From: Ignavibacteriota bacterium
GTDB lineage: Bacteria > Bacteroidota > Ignavibacteria > UBA10030
Length of the DNA stretch: 64,000 nt
Direction: 5' to 3'
Assembly (NCBI GenBank): GCA_963727825.1
Contig: CAVSHO010000007.1
Coordinates: 1-64,000, forward strand
Part shown: positions 32,338-41,512 of the stretch, piece after piece
Layout: the number at the start of each line of letters is the position of its first letter
How positions within the stretch are numbered: the first letter of the stretch is position 1
Notes under the pieces: generated by a model
Told to the model about the DNA's origin: nothing
Seen by the model: only the letters and a program-made list of their open reading frames with translations
Databases searched by the model: none
Program-made: the position numbers and the translations under genes

Positions 32338-32718
32338 GTGAATGTAAAAGTTATAGTCGGTGGTGTGATTATTGTCTTTGGTATTGCGCTTGGAGCGGTT
32401 AATTTCTTCGATTCAAATATCGAGTATGGCGACTTTGCTCAGGCGAGGAAAACACAGAAAAAAATTCAAGTAAAGGGCGAATGGGTGAAAGACCGTGAGA
32501 GTTCTTTCGATGTGGAGAAAATCCAATACACTTTTTACCTGAAAGACGACAGCGGAGAGATTCTCAAAGTTGTTTTAGATGGAGCCAAACCGAATAACTT
32601 TGACATTGCACCAAGCGTAGTTGTAAAGGGTAAGTATATGAACGATCACTTCCATGCAACAGAAGTGTTGACCAAATGCCCCTCAAAGTATGAAGGCAAA
32701 ACTGGTGTGATGAAATAA
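32338..32718 (+). CDS. ccmE: Heme chaperone CcmE, CxxxY type
   Basis: N-terminal TM segment, KPNNF, VVVKG, FHATEVLTKCPSKY. Confidence 0.92.
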   Translation: MNVKVIVGGVIIVFGIALGAVNFFDSNIEYGDFAQARKTQKKIQVKGEWVKDRESSFDVEKIQYTFYLKDDSGEILKVVLDGAKPNNFDIAPSVVVKGKYMNDHFHATEVLTKCPSKYEGKTGVMK

Positions 32719-32726
32719 ATGCCACT

Positions 32727-32756
32727 TGTAGAGACGTTCAATTGAACGTCTCTACA
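32727..32756. repeat. Perfect 30-bp GTAG-type REP palindrome between convergent genes
   Basis: TGTAGAGACGTTCAATTGAACGTCTCTACA. Confidence 0.8.
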
Positions 32757-32761
32757 TAAAC

Positions 32762-33799
32762 CTACTTGAGTATTACACCCCATTCCGTAATAACAAAACC
32801 AATCCGTTTGAACTGAGGAATTAATGGAGCAGGAAGCGTTTCGCCAAAATCGTTTCTTCCTTGTATAACATAAAACAGGCGAAGCATATTGTCAGGCGAC
32901 TCCGAGATTTTTAGTTTGATTGTTTTTCCAATTTCATTAGCAAATTGTGGATAAATGATATAATATGGATAGTCTACTAACCGCGGAATCCAGTATTCGA
33001 TAAAATCGTTTTTTTCACGCTCATTAAAACCGACGAGAAGAAGATTGTTTGCGAAAAATGATGAGAGTGTATCTCTGCTAACGACCCAACCGGAATCATA
33101 TTGATATACATCCGGATTCTTGCTTTCATAAAAAAGATAATCATATCGTTGGTTGATCTTACCGGATGGTTCTACGGAAACATTCCAGCCACCTGAATAT
33201 AAAGGAATCGATTGTATGACAGACCCTCCCAGCGGAAACTCCAATGCGACGGACAGATTGCATGCAGTTTTCGGATAGGGATAAATATTAGGTTTATAAA
33301 CAACGACTTGATGTGTATCGATAATAGTTATTTGAATACGTTGAGGGTGTTCAATTTCCACATTATCAAAGCGCGCATTAATGAATACATCCGCGACATA
33401 ATTGCCGGAACTTAAAGCAGCCACAGAACTCAGAGGATTGAATGGTCCAAGCCATCGATTCGTTAAAGTGGAATCGGCTTTGAGTACACCGGGAAGAACT
33501 ACCTGTGGCCACGCGTAGCCATAATATTGTCGGGAAATAATTGTATCATTCCGGGTAATATAGATTTCCGAAACTGGCTCAGTCCATCTGTAGTTCTGAT
33601 CTATACCGGTCTTATTAGTCATCCGGAAAGTCAAATAGAATCGTGTGCCTCTTTTAAATGTGATGCTTGGATTTCCCAGTGTGTCGGTAGTTGAGAACGA
33701 TGTTGAGATAACTTGTTCCGAAATCGGTTGGGTAGTCTCATCCTTCTTGCATCCCATAAACATACCTGCAACGAAGAGGGCTATGATGATATTTTTCAT
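32762..33799 (-). CDS. Lipoprotein of unknown function with conserved KPxIYxYP...FIxYW...EWG domain
   Basis: Lipobox MFMGC, RBS GGAGG; motifs YKPNIYPYP, YDYLFYE, DFIEYWIPRL, VITEWG. Confidence 0.75.
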   Translation of the reverse strand: MKNIIIALFVAGMFMGCKKDETTQPISEQVISTSFSTTDTLGNPSITFKRGTRFYLTFRMTNKTGIDQNYRWTEPVSEIYITRNDTIISRQYYGYAWPQVVLPGVLKADSTLTNRWLGPFNPLSSVAALSSGNYVADVFINARFDNVEIEHPQRIQITIIDTHQVVVYKPNIYPYPKTACNLSVALEFPLGGSVIQSIPLYSGGWNVSVEPSGKINQRYDYLFYESKNPDVYQYDSGWVVSRDTLSSFFANNLLLVGFNEREKNDFIEYWIPRLVDYPYYIIYPQFANEIGKTIKLKISESPDNMLRLFYVIQGRNDFGETLPAPLIPQFKRIGFVITEWGVILK

Positions 33800-33906
33800 A
33801 GATACCTCCATCTGTGAATCTGAAAACAAACTTACAATCTTCCTGTTAACAAATCAACCCGTGATTTCTACGAAAGCTAAGCCGATGTATCACGTTTACG
33901 AAACTA

Positions 33907-34218
33907 CTAGAATAATTGTTTGTCTTCGGAATACAATTCTTTCCAGAAACCTTGCTTGATACGAAACTTTGTGCCATGATTGTAGTGAGTACGTGCATCA
34001 AAGTCGATCAGAATGATACCGTGATCAATGCAAGAAAGAAAATTTTCAAAAGAAAAACCAGACAACATCAGCAGATTTTAATAGGCGAAATATTCTCTTC
34101 CTCTTTCGAGTTTACTATCGGCGATGATATAGAAACAATTACGGGCTTTTTCCCCCATTAAATCTCTCAAATCATCAAAGCCCCAATATGGTTCAGGATT
34201 AAAGAGTTTTAGATACAT
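33907..34218 (-). pseudogene. MvaI/BcnI-family restriction endonuclease, C-terminal remnant (not in ORF track)
   Basis: PEPYWGFDDL..KARNCFYIIAD..EYFAY*(TAA 34078-80)NLLMLSGFSFENF..IILIDFDARTHYNHGTKFRIKQ..ELY. Confidence 0.75.
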
Positions 34219-34226
34219 GACATTTC

Positions 34227-35258
34227 CTAATTCACCACAAGAGTATCCATTAGTTTTAGACTTTTATGCAATTGCATTTGAATCGTAAACTTGAAACCTT
34301 CTGGAGTGAGGTAAACAGACTGTTCGGTTTTTGCCAACAACCCAAGGTCAACAGCGTAATTTGAATACATTCTTGTTGCACTGTACCTTGCCTTAGTGGT
34401 TTGCCAATCGAAGAATTTCCCTGAATGGAATGTAAAGTATTCACATAAATGGCCCATTGGCACGGGATAAGTATTCTTTGCTAGCGCAAATGTTGCTTCC
34501 ACAACTGATGCAATGCCCAAAATCACTGAAGATTCGTACGGATTTTGCACTACGAACCTTTTTAGTAATTTTACTTGTTTTTCACTAAGTCTTTCACCAT
34601 AGCTTTTGTCTCGAGCTTCCACATATTTTTCCCCGAGAGACGACAGGACAATCGAGTCAGTATTCGGTTCCCAATTTATCATTCGGAGTTCACTGGCGAA
34701 TTTAATTTTATTATATAAAGTCTTTTTTGAACCTCCAATGATATCTTGTAGCTGCTTTAAGCTAGTGGTTCGCTGAAGTTCATAAATGAACTTGTTAACG
34801 AGATGCAGATTCCAGATACCAATATCTATTGGTTTGATTTCGACGAAAGAAGCAATTGGTCTGATATTCTGATAAAAATATTTTAGAACTTCCTCAGGAC
34901 TGTAGTTTAGACATGTAACTCCTTCGCTTAAACCAAATTGTCTTTCACCACTTTTTATGTTCGGACAAAGAAGATATGGTTGAATATTAGCACGAAACAA
35001 CTTGCCATTATTCTGAAATCCAATGAGGTCGTTCTTGTAATCCATGATCTGTTTTATGAACTTTCTTTGAAATGGCACAGTTTTCAATTCAATCAATAGA
35101 AAGTTATTTTTGTATGTATATAGAATATCAAGTCTTCCCGATGGTAAAAGCATTTGACGGCCAATCAGTCTAGGTTCATCATCAAGACTTAAAATCTTTT
35201 TGGTTAGAACAGGAGCGTTGACAAGCACGTCCTCAATTTGAGTTTCTCTGATTTCCAT
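34227..35258 (-). CDS. NucS-like PD-(D/E)xK nuclease fused to two winged-helix-like domains (putative restriction enzyme)
   Basis: E..IED, RQ..GRLDIL..LLIELK..QIMDY; C-terminal ASELRMI..LSSLGEKY and AVDLGLL..YLTPEG. Confidence 0.7.
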   Translation of the reverse strand: MEIRETQIEDVLVNAPVLTKKILSLDDEPRLIGRQMLLPSGRLDILYTYKNNFLLIELKTVPFQRKFIKQIMDYKNDLIGFQNNGKLFRANIQPYLLCPNIKSGERQFGLSEGVTCLNYSPEEVLKYFYQNIRPIASFVEIKPIDIGIWNLHLVNKFIYELQRTTSLKQLQDIIGGSKKTLYNKIKFASELRMINWEPNTDSIVLSSLGEKYVEARDKSYGERLSEKQVKLLKRFVVQNPYESSVILGIASVVEATFALAKNTYPVPMGHLCEYFTFHSGKFFDWQTTKARYSATRMYSNYAVDLGLLAKTEQSVYLTPEGFKFTIQMQLHKSLKLMDTLVVN

Positions 35259-35469
35259 TTTCTTCCTCGATATATGGATAGAAATCCTTTTCTGTACAGA
35301 CCTTCATTTTAGCAACAATCCAATCTTCAATTGTATCCCTAATATCTCCAATCATTTCAATATCCCATTCGATAGATTGTTTTGTGGGATTGAGACTTTG
35401 GATCAATTTAAAGATCACGCTATCAACATAATCTTGTCTTGAAATCTCTAAGTTCGTCAATGTTTTCAT
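35233..35469 (-). CDS. 78-aa hypothetical protein overlapping the nuclease start
   Basis: Intact ORF (RQDYVD..EWDIEMIGDIRD..FYPY). Confidence 0.7.
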   Translation of the reverse strand: MKTLTNLEISRQDYVDSVIFKLIQSLNPTKQSIEWDIEMIGDIRDTIEDWIVAKMKVCTEKDFYPYIEEENGNQRNSN

Positions 35470-35498
35470 AGATAGTAGAATGTTAGATTGTTAGTGCG

Positions 35499-35645
35499 TT
35501 ATTGGTGCGAAGGGAAACGCCAGACCCCGATTTGAGACTTGAGCCATTCTTTTGCAGATAAACAATTGATGTTGGTTTGCCCACAATCGCAAGTTCTATC
35601 ATGCCCTATATGAAGCTTAGTTCTGTATTCAGCTGAAAGTCTCAT
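35499..35645 (-). pseudogene. N-terminal stub of an amino-DNA methyltransferase (recalled as M.BglI/M.SfiI-like m4C type)
   Basis: 48 aa MRLSAEYRTKLHIGHDRTCDCGQTNINCLSAKEWLKSQIGVWRFPSHQ*; ends before any catalytic or SAM-binding motif. Confidence 0.65.
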
Positions 35646-35830
35646 GAATTGCGAGAAAGGGTGCATCCTTTTTCTTAACTTCTTTTGACCGTTTGGATTT
35701 AGTTGTAATTGGCATTAAAGGGATTTACCTCGAATTATTCATGGGCAATATAGCAAAATTCTATACGGTAGTCTAATGATTGATCCCAAGTTCTTGAACA
35801 ACGATATTTAATAATGTATTAAAATCAGTT

Positions 35831-36225
35831 TTAAATTAACCATGCGGTCGCATTTTGCGACCGCATGGAGCTGACCTCGCGACTTGTAAGTTGAAAACAG
35901 AAATCCTCTGGAAAGCGATCTTGGTTGCGTTTGACCTGCTCATTTAACCGTTTCGTTGAGACTCCATATATTGCTGCAAGACTATCGTCGGTTATTACAC
36001 GAACACTGCGAATGAATAAAATCTGGCGTTCTATAGGTATCAGTGCTTTATTTACATTTTTAGTTGGCATATAGTTACCCCACCTGTGTTAATATATTTG
36101 TGCCGCCCCATCTTGAAGTTCCCAATTGGAATATCAAGTTATCAAACTCTTCTTGGCTATGTGGTCACAAATTGTGACCACATAGTTTTTCGCTTCCTCC
36201 GTAAGCTCGGACATAAAGTCCGAAT
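35831..36225 (-). pseudogene. ORF6N-domain gene (truncated) preceded by two further ORF6N internal fragments
   Basis: 35831..36070: LAAIYGVSTKRLNEQVKRNQDRFPEDFCFQLT..MRSQNATA. Upstream fragments: DFMSELTEEAKNYVVTICDHI and QEEFDNLIFQLGTSRWGGT. Confidence 0.8.
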
Positions 36226-36230
36226 AAATC

Positions 36231-36960
36231 TTACCCTCTATTCACAATAAAATTGAATGGATTTTCAATCCCGAGTGACCATTTCGAAATAAACGGTTCG
36301 CCGTATTTTACGCCAATCTTAGAACCGAAATATCGGCAGCGGGTTTCGATCACTTCTAAAAAGTCAGGCCGGCTCAATTTTGTCTCGCTTTCTTTGCTTT
36401 CCGGGTTGAAAAATTGCGAGGCGTGAGCACGCACGGACTTCATTTTCAAATCAATTGAATCGCTGATATCAACAATAAATGACGGCTCGAACTCCATCCA
36501 TTGCATAAACTCGAAATAGTGGTGCGGGCGGTGGCGTTCCTGAACTTTACCGTTGAGTTTTGTTTTCATTTTTTCCAAACCGCTGTAGTCACCATGCCTC
36601 ACGGCAAAGTTCGCTTGTGTGCACGTGGTCCGGATGCCGTTCAACACCATAAGGAATAATAAGGAGAGCAGGACGAAGCTCGCGAATGAGTGTGATGATC
36701 TTTAATAGATTATTTTTATTTACTTCAACATTTCCGTCGGGGATTTGTAGATTCCGTCGTGTTACGGCGCCAAGTATTTTTGCCGCTTGCCGCGCTTCTT
36801 CTCTTCTAATCTCCTTTGTGCCGCGTGTGCCAAGCTCGCCCTGCGTCAGGTCGCAGAGAGCAACTTTATATCCTTGCTGGACAAATTTAGCGACTGTTCC
36901 ACCGCAGGCAAGTTCAATATCATCAGGATGTGCGCCAATAGCTAATACGTCGATGTGCAT
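36231..36960 (-). CDS. bshB1: Bacillithiol biosynthesis deacetylase BshB1 (PIG-L family), one frameshift
   Basis: AIGAHPDDIELACGG, DLTQGELGTRG, RHPDH, PSFIVDIS, AHASQF, GVKYGEPF. Confidence 0.88.
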
Positions 36961-37098
36961 TGTTTTTCCTCGAATTGTTGATGTTAATATAAACAAGAAA
37001 AATGAAAAATGGTAAACGGCTGAGAGTATTAAGATATTCTAATTTTCCAGAGTTGAATGTGGTGCCAACATTCGGTAATTTGGGATTGGAGTTACTGC

Positions 37099-38295
37099 AT
37101 GGCAATCGAAAAAAATGTAATTACCATTACCGAACTAACGCGGCAAATTAAATTCTCGCTGGAATCGAGTTTCCCACGTGTATGGGTTGAAGGTGAAATT
37201 TCCAATTTCAAACAGCATACTTCCGGGCATTTATATTTTACGTTAAAAGATGAAGGCGCTCAGATTTCTGCGCTTATGTGGCGGAGTCGCGTTGCTAATC
37301 TCACCTTTCAACCGGAAGATGGAATGAAGGTAATCGCCCGCGGTTCAATTACCGTGTATCCGCCGCGCGGGAATTATCAACTTGATGTAGAGCAGATTCA
37401 GCCACTTGGACTTGGAGAACTTCAGCTTGCGTTTGAGCGTCTAAAGCAAAAGTTAGATAGAGAAGGATTGTTCGATGCTGAACATAAGAAACCAATTCCA
37501 GAATTTCCCGAATGCATAGGTCTTGTCACGTCGGAAACAGGAGCGGCATTACAGGATATTCGAAGTGTGCTTTCGCGCCGCCATCCATCCGTTGAAGTAG
37601 TCCTTGCTCCGGTGCGCGTGCAAGGCACAGGTGCGGCAGAAGAAATTGCTGATGCGATCAAATATTTGAATCAATATGGCGGAATAGATGTGTTAATTAT
37701 TGGACGCGGCGGCGGTTCGCTGGAAGATTTGTGGGCGTTCAATGAAGAAATTGTGGCTCGTGCTATATATTCATCAAAAATTCCGACTATAAGCGCTGTT
37801 GGGCACGAAATTGATTTCAGCATTGCAGATTTTGTAGTGGATTTGCGTGCGCCAACACCCTCGGCGGCAGCAGAATTAGTTGTTCATGACCGTTCAGAAC
37901 TTCTTGAAGATATTGGCAACTTATGCTATACTATGCGCGGCGCACTCGATAATCAATTGTCTGGACTTCGTACGCAAACGACAAGTTTGGTGACGAGTTA
38001 TTCTTTCAATCGTCCCAGAGATTTGATCAGAGAATTCTCTCAGCGTGTGGATGAATTTGAACGCAGTATTGGAATTTCTTTTGCTCATGCCGCACAGACA
38101 GTGCATCAAAAATATAATTCGCTTCAGCTGCAATTGCAGGCGTTGAATCCGGGCGGCGTGCTCAAACGCGGTTATGCAATTGTGAGGAAGAAAGGGCGAA
38201 TTGTTTCGAGTGCGGATTTGCTTGATTATGGCGACGAAGCTGATATTCAATTTCACGATGGCACTATCGGTGTGAAAGTAGAAAAAGGACATTAA
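37099..38295 (+). CDS. xseA: Exodeoxyribonuclease VII large subunit
   Basis: VWVEGEISNF, SGHLYFTLKD, GRGGGSLEDLWAFNEE, SAVGHEID, RAPTPSAAAE. Confidence 0.97.
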   Translation: MAIEKNVITITELTRQIKFSLESSFPRVWVEGEISNFKQHTSGHLYFTLKDEGAQISALMWRSRVANLTFQPEDGMKVIARGSITVYPPRGNYQLDVEQIQPLGLGELQLAFERLKQKLDREGLFDAEHKKPIPEFPECIGLVTSETGAALQDIRSVLSRRHPSVEVVLAPVRVQGTGAAEEIADAIKYLNQYGGIDVLIIGRGGGSLEDLWAFNEEIVARAIYSSKIPTISAVGHEIDFSIADFVVDLRAPTPSAAAELVVHDRSELLEDIGNLCYTMRGALDNQLSGLRTQTTSLVTSYSFNRPRDLIREFSQRVDEFERSIGISFAHAAQTVHQKYNSLQLQLQALNPGGVLKRGYAIVRKKGRIVSSADLLDYGDEADIQFHDGTIGVKVEKGH

Positions 38296-38297
38296 TC

Positions 38298-38537
38298 ATG
38301 ACGGCAAAGAAAGCAGTGAAGAATTCATTAGAAAGTTCTCTTAAGCGACTTGAAGAAATTGTGGAAACGCTGGAGCGCGGTGATGCATCGTTAGATGATG
38401 CGATGAATTTATACGAAGAAGGTGTTCAGATTTCAAAACAGTGCGCTGAGAAACTGAAAGCCGCTGAATTGAAAATAAAAAAATTATCTAAAGAGATTGA
38501 TGGGCAATTTACAATAAATGAGTCTGATGAAGCATGA
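38298..38537 (+). CDS. xseB: Exodeoxyribonuclease VII small subunit
   Basis: LKRLEEIVETLE..SLDDAMNLYEEG. Confidence 0.95.
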   Translation: MTAKKAVKNSLESSLKRLEEIVETLERGDASLDDAMNLYEEGVQISKQCAEKLKAAELKIKKLSKEIDGQFTINESDEA

Positions 38538-40468
38538 GCGATTTTAATTTTCAATTTCTTGATTCTATTAATCTTCCGGAAGATTTGCGCAAATTGAATG
38601 TTCAAGAACTCAGAACAGTCTGTGCTGAGGTACGAGAGTACCTGATCGATTGTGTCTCGAAAACAGGCGGCCACCTTGGCGCCGGACTCGGCGCGGTGGA
38701 GCTTACCGTAGCACTTCATTATGTCTTTAATACACCGGAAGATAAACTTGTATGGGATGTCGGACATCAAGCATATCCGCATAAAATTTTAACCGGACGA
38801 AAAGACAGGATGGAAACAATCCGTACATTGGGCGGATTGAGCGGTTTTTTAAAGCGTTCAGAAAGCGAATACGATACATTTGGTGCTGGGCACGCAAGTA
38901 CGGCAATCTCGGCAGCGCTAGGTATTGCAGCGGCTCGTGATTTAGAAAAGAAGAATTTCAAAGTAGCAGCAATTGTCGGTGATGGCTCGATGACAGGCGG
39001 GATGGTGTACGAGGCGATGAACAACGCCGGCGTGCTGAAGAAAAATCTTATCGTCGTACTCAATGACAACCAAATGGGTTCGCTTTCATCGATAGAACCG
39101 AGTGTTTGGTCATTCCACAATTATTTTACAAAAATGCTGACACATCCTACATACAACAAATTCAAAGCGAATGTTTGGGATTTGACAGGTAAATTGGACT
39201 CGTTCGGCGATCGACTTCGTATGGTTGCGCAACAGATGGAAAGAGGAATTAAGGCGGTGGTAACACCGGGCATGCTTTTTGAGGCGCTTGGCTTTCGGTA
39301 CTTTGGTCCCATCAACGGGCATAATGTTGTAAAGCTGGTTGAGATATTCAGGCAAGTCAAGGATCTCAATGGTCCTATTCTCATTCATGTGATTACTGAA
39401 AAAGGAAAAGGATATGCGCCGGCGGAGTGCGAGGTAACGCGTTTGCACGGAGTGACGCCATTCGATAAAATTACCGGTATCTCTCCAAAGAAAAATGGTC
39501 AACCGCCGGCTTACACGGATATTTTCGGTAAAGCTCTGGTGGAAATCTGTAAACAGAATACAAAAGTTGTCGGTATTACTGCTGCAATGTCGGATGGAAC
39601 AGGCTTAATTCAACTCCACGAAGAAATGCCTGAGCGGTTTTTTGATGTTGGTATTGCCGAACAACATGCTGTAACCTTTGCGGCAGGCATAGCAACGGAG
39701 GGATATATTCCGGTTGTCGCAATCTACTCTACTTTTATGCAGCGTGCATTCGATCAAGTAGTGCACGACTGTGCGATTCAGAAATTGCATATCGTTTTAG
39801 CGATGGATCGCGGCGGATTAGTCGGTGCCGATGGTGCTACGCATCACGGTGCATTAGATTTTTCTTTCTTACGTTGCGTTCCCGGTATGGTTATAATGGC
39901 GCCGAAGGATGAACAGGAATTACGCGATATGCTCTTTACCGCTGTTGAGTATAAGCATGGACCTATTGCTCTTCGGTATCCGCGCGGTCATGCGCTTGGA
40001 GTTCCTGTGCGTGATGGATTTCAGAACCTGGAAATCGGCAAAGCCGAAACAGTACGCACCGGTAAAGACATTGCTATTCTTGCCATCGGAAATATGGTGC
40101 CAAATGCACTCAAGGCGGCAGAATTGTTAAGCAATGATGGCATTGAAGCAGAAGTCGTGAATATGAGGTTTGCGAAACCGATTGATGAAGAATTATTGAA
40201 GTCGTTAGCCCAGCGAATCAATACATTCCTTACCGTTGAAGAAAATGTTATTCGCGGCGGATTCGGGGCTGGAGTGTTGGAAGCGCTGAGCCATTGCGGT
40301 ATTTCAAATGTTTCTGTTAAGATACATGGATTGCCGGATGAATTCATAGAACAAGGTTCTCCTGACGAGTTACATCGGATTGTCAAGCTTGATGCTGATG
40401 GGATTGCTGAAGTGGTGAGAGAATATTTGAAAATCACACGCGAAAATTCCATATTACATACTACTTAA
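38534..40468 (+). CDS. dxs: 1-deoxy-D-xylulose-5-phosphate synthase
   Basis: GGHLGAGLG, WDVGHQAYPHKILTGR, GDGSMTGG, FDVGIAEQHA, DRGGLVGADGATH. Confidence 0.98.
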   Translation: MSDFNFQFLDSINLPEDLRKLNVQELRTVCAEVREYLIDCVSKTGGHLGAGLGAVELTVALHYVFNTPEDKLVWDVGHQAYPHKILTGRKDRMETIRTLGGLSGFLKRSESEYDTFGAGHASTAISAALGIAAARDLEKKNFKVAAIVGDGSMTGGMVYEAMNNAGVLKKNLIVVLNDNQMGSLSSIEPSVWSFHNYFTKMLTHPTYNKFKANVWDLTGKLDSFGDRLRMVAQQMERGIKAVVTPGMLFEALGFRYFGPINGHNVVKLVEIFRQVKDLNGPILIHVITEKGKGYAPAECEVTRLHGVTPFDKITGISPKKNGQPPAYTDIFGKALVEICKQNTKVVGITAAMSDGTGLIQLHEEMPERFFDVGIAEQHAVTFAAGIATEGYIPVVAIYSTFMQRAFDQVVHDCAIQKLHIVLAMDRGGLVGADGATHHGALDFSFLRCVPGMVIMAPKDEQELRDMLFTAVEYKHGPIALRYPRGHALGVPVRDGFQNLEIGKAETVRTGKDIAILAIGNMVPNALKAAELLSNDGIEAEVVNMRFAKPIDEELLKSLAQRINTFLTVEENVIRGGFGAGVLEALSHCGISNVSVKIHGLPDEFIEQGSPDELHRIVKLDADGIAEVVREYLKITRENSILHTT

Positions 40469-40487
40469 ATATCATATCGGACATTGT

Positions 40488-41494
40488 ATGGAAAAAGCAC
40501 GTATTGGTATAGTTGGACTTGGGTCAATTGCTCAGACAATTCATCTCCCGATCCTCAATAAGTTTCCAGATGTCGAAATTGTAGCGGTTTGCGATCTCGA
40601 CCGGGCAAAGGCGCAATTTGTAGCAGATAAATTCAAAGTGCGACGTTACTATAACAACTTCGAGAAAATGCTGGCGATTGAACGAGATCTCGATGGAATA
40701 GATATTTGCACTCCGACGATATTGCATAAAGACATGGCGATTGCGGCATTGGCGGAAAAGAATAATGTTCTCATAGAAAAACCATTAGCACGAACCGCAA
40801 TAGAAGCAGAAGAAATTGCCGCTGCAGCAAAGAAATACCATCATACATTGATGGTTGGAATGAACAATCGCTTCCGCCCGGACGCTATGATTCTTAAAAG
40901 TTTTATAGAAGATAAAGCACTTGGTAAACTCTTTTATGCCAAGGCAGGATGGTTCAAAAAATTGAATGCGGAGAGTGCATGGCTAACTAAGAAAACACAA
41001 TCCGGCGGCGCGTAGTACTCGACCTTGGCATCGTCATGCTTGATCTTGCTTTCTGGATGATGGGATTTCCAGAGGTTCGAGAAGTTTCAGCAACAAATTA
41101 TTCGCATCATACAAAGGATGTAGAGGATTCATCGGTAGCGTTCCTCAAAATGAAAAACGGCTCCACATTAACTATTGAAGCAAGTTGGTCGTTTGAGTCC
41201 ACCTCAGACTTTTTCTACTGCGATTGTTTTGGTACGGATGGAAGCGGTTCACTCAATCCATTTCGAATCGTCAAACGTATGCACGATAATCTTGTCAATT
41301 TCGCACCTGCTTCTATTGAAACGCCGCAGAGTCTTTACCGTAAATCATACGAGAACGAGCTTAAACATTGGATTGGCTCATTGCGCGGATTGCACTCGGT
41401 TATTTCTAACGGCGATGAAGCTGTGCAACGAATGAAGATTATAGATTTAATTTACAAATCTGCTAAACGCGGCAAAGCGGTAGCAATAAAGTAG
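40488..41494 (+). CDS. Gfo/Idh/MocA oxidoreductase, one frameshift at ~41010
   Basis: IGIVGLGSIA, VLIEKP, SGG/VVLDLGIVMLDL. Confidence 0.88.
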
Positions 41495-41512
41495 CTATAA
41501 GCAAGAATTTCT

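Noticed and set aside
33916-34161. Plus-strand 81-aa ORF
   Set aside because: It is the antisense shadow of the MvaI/BcnI remnant.
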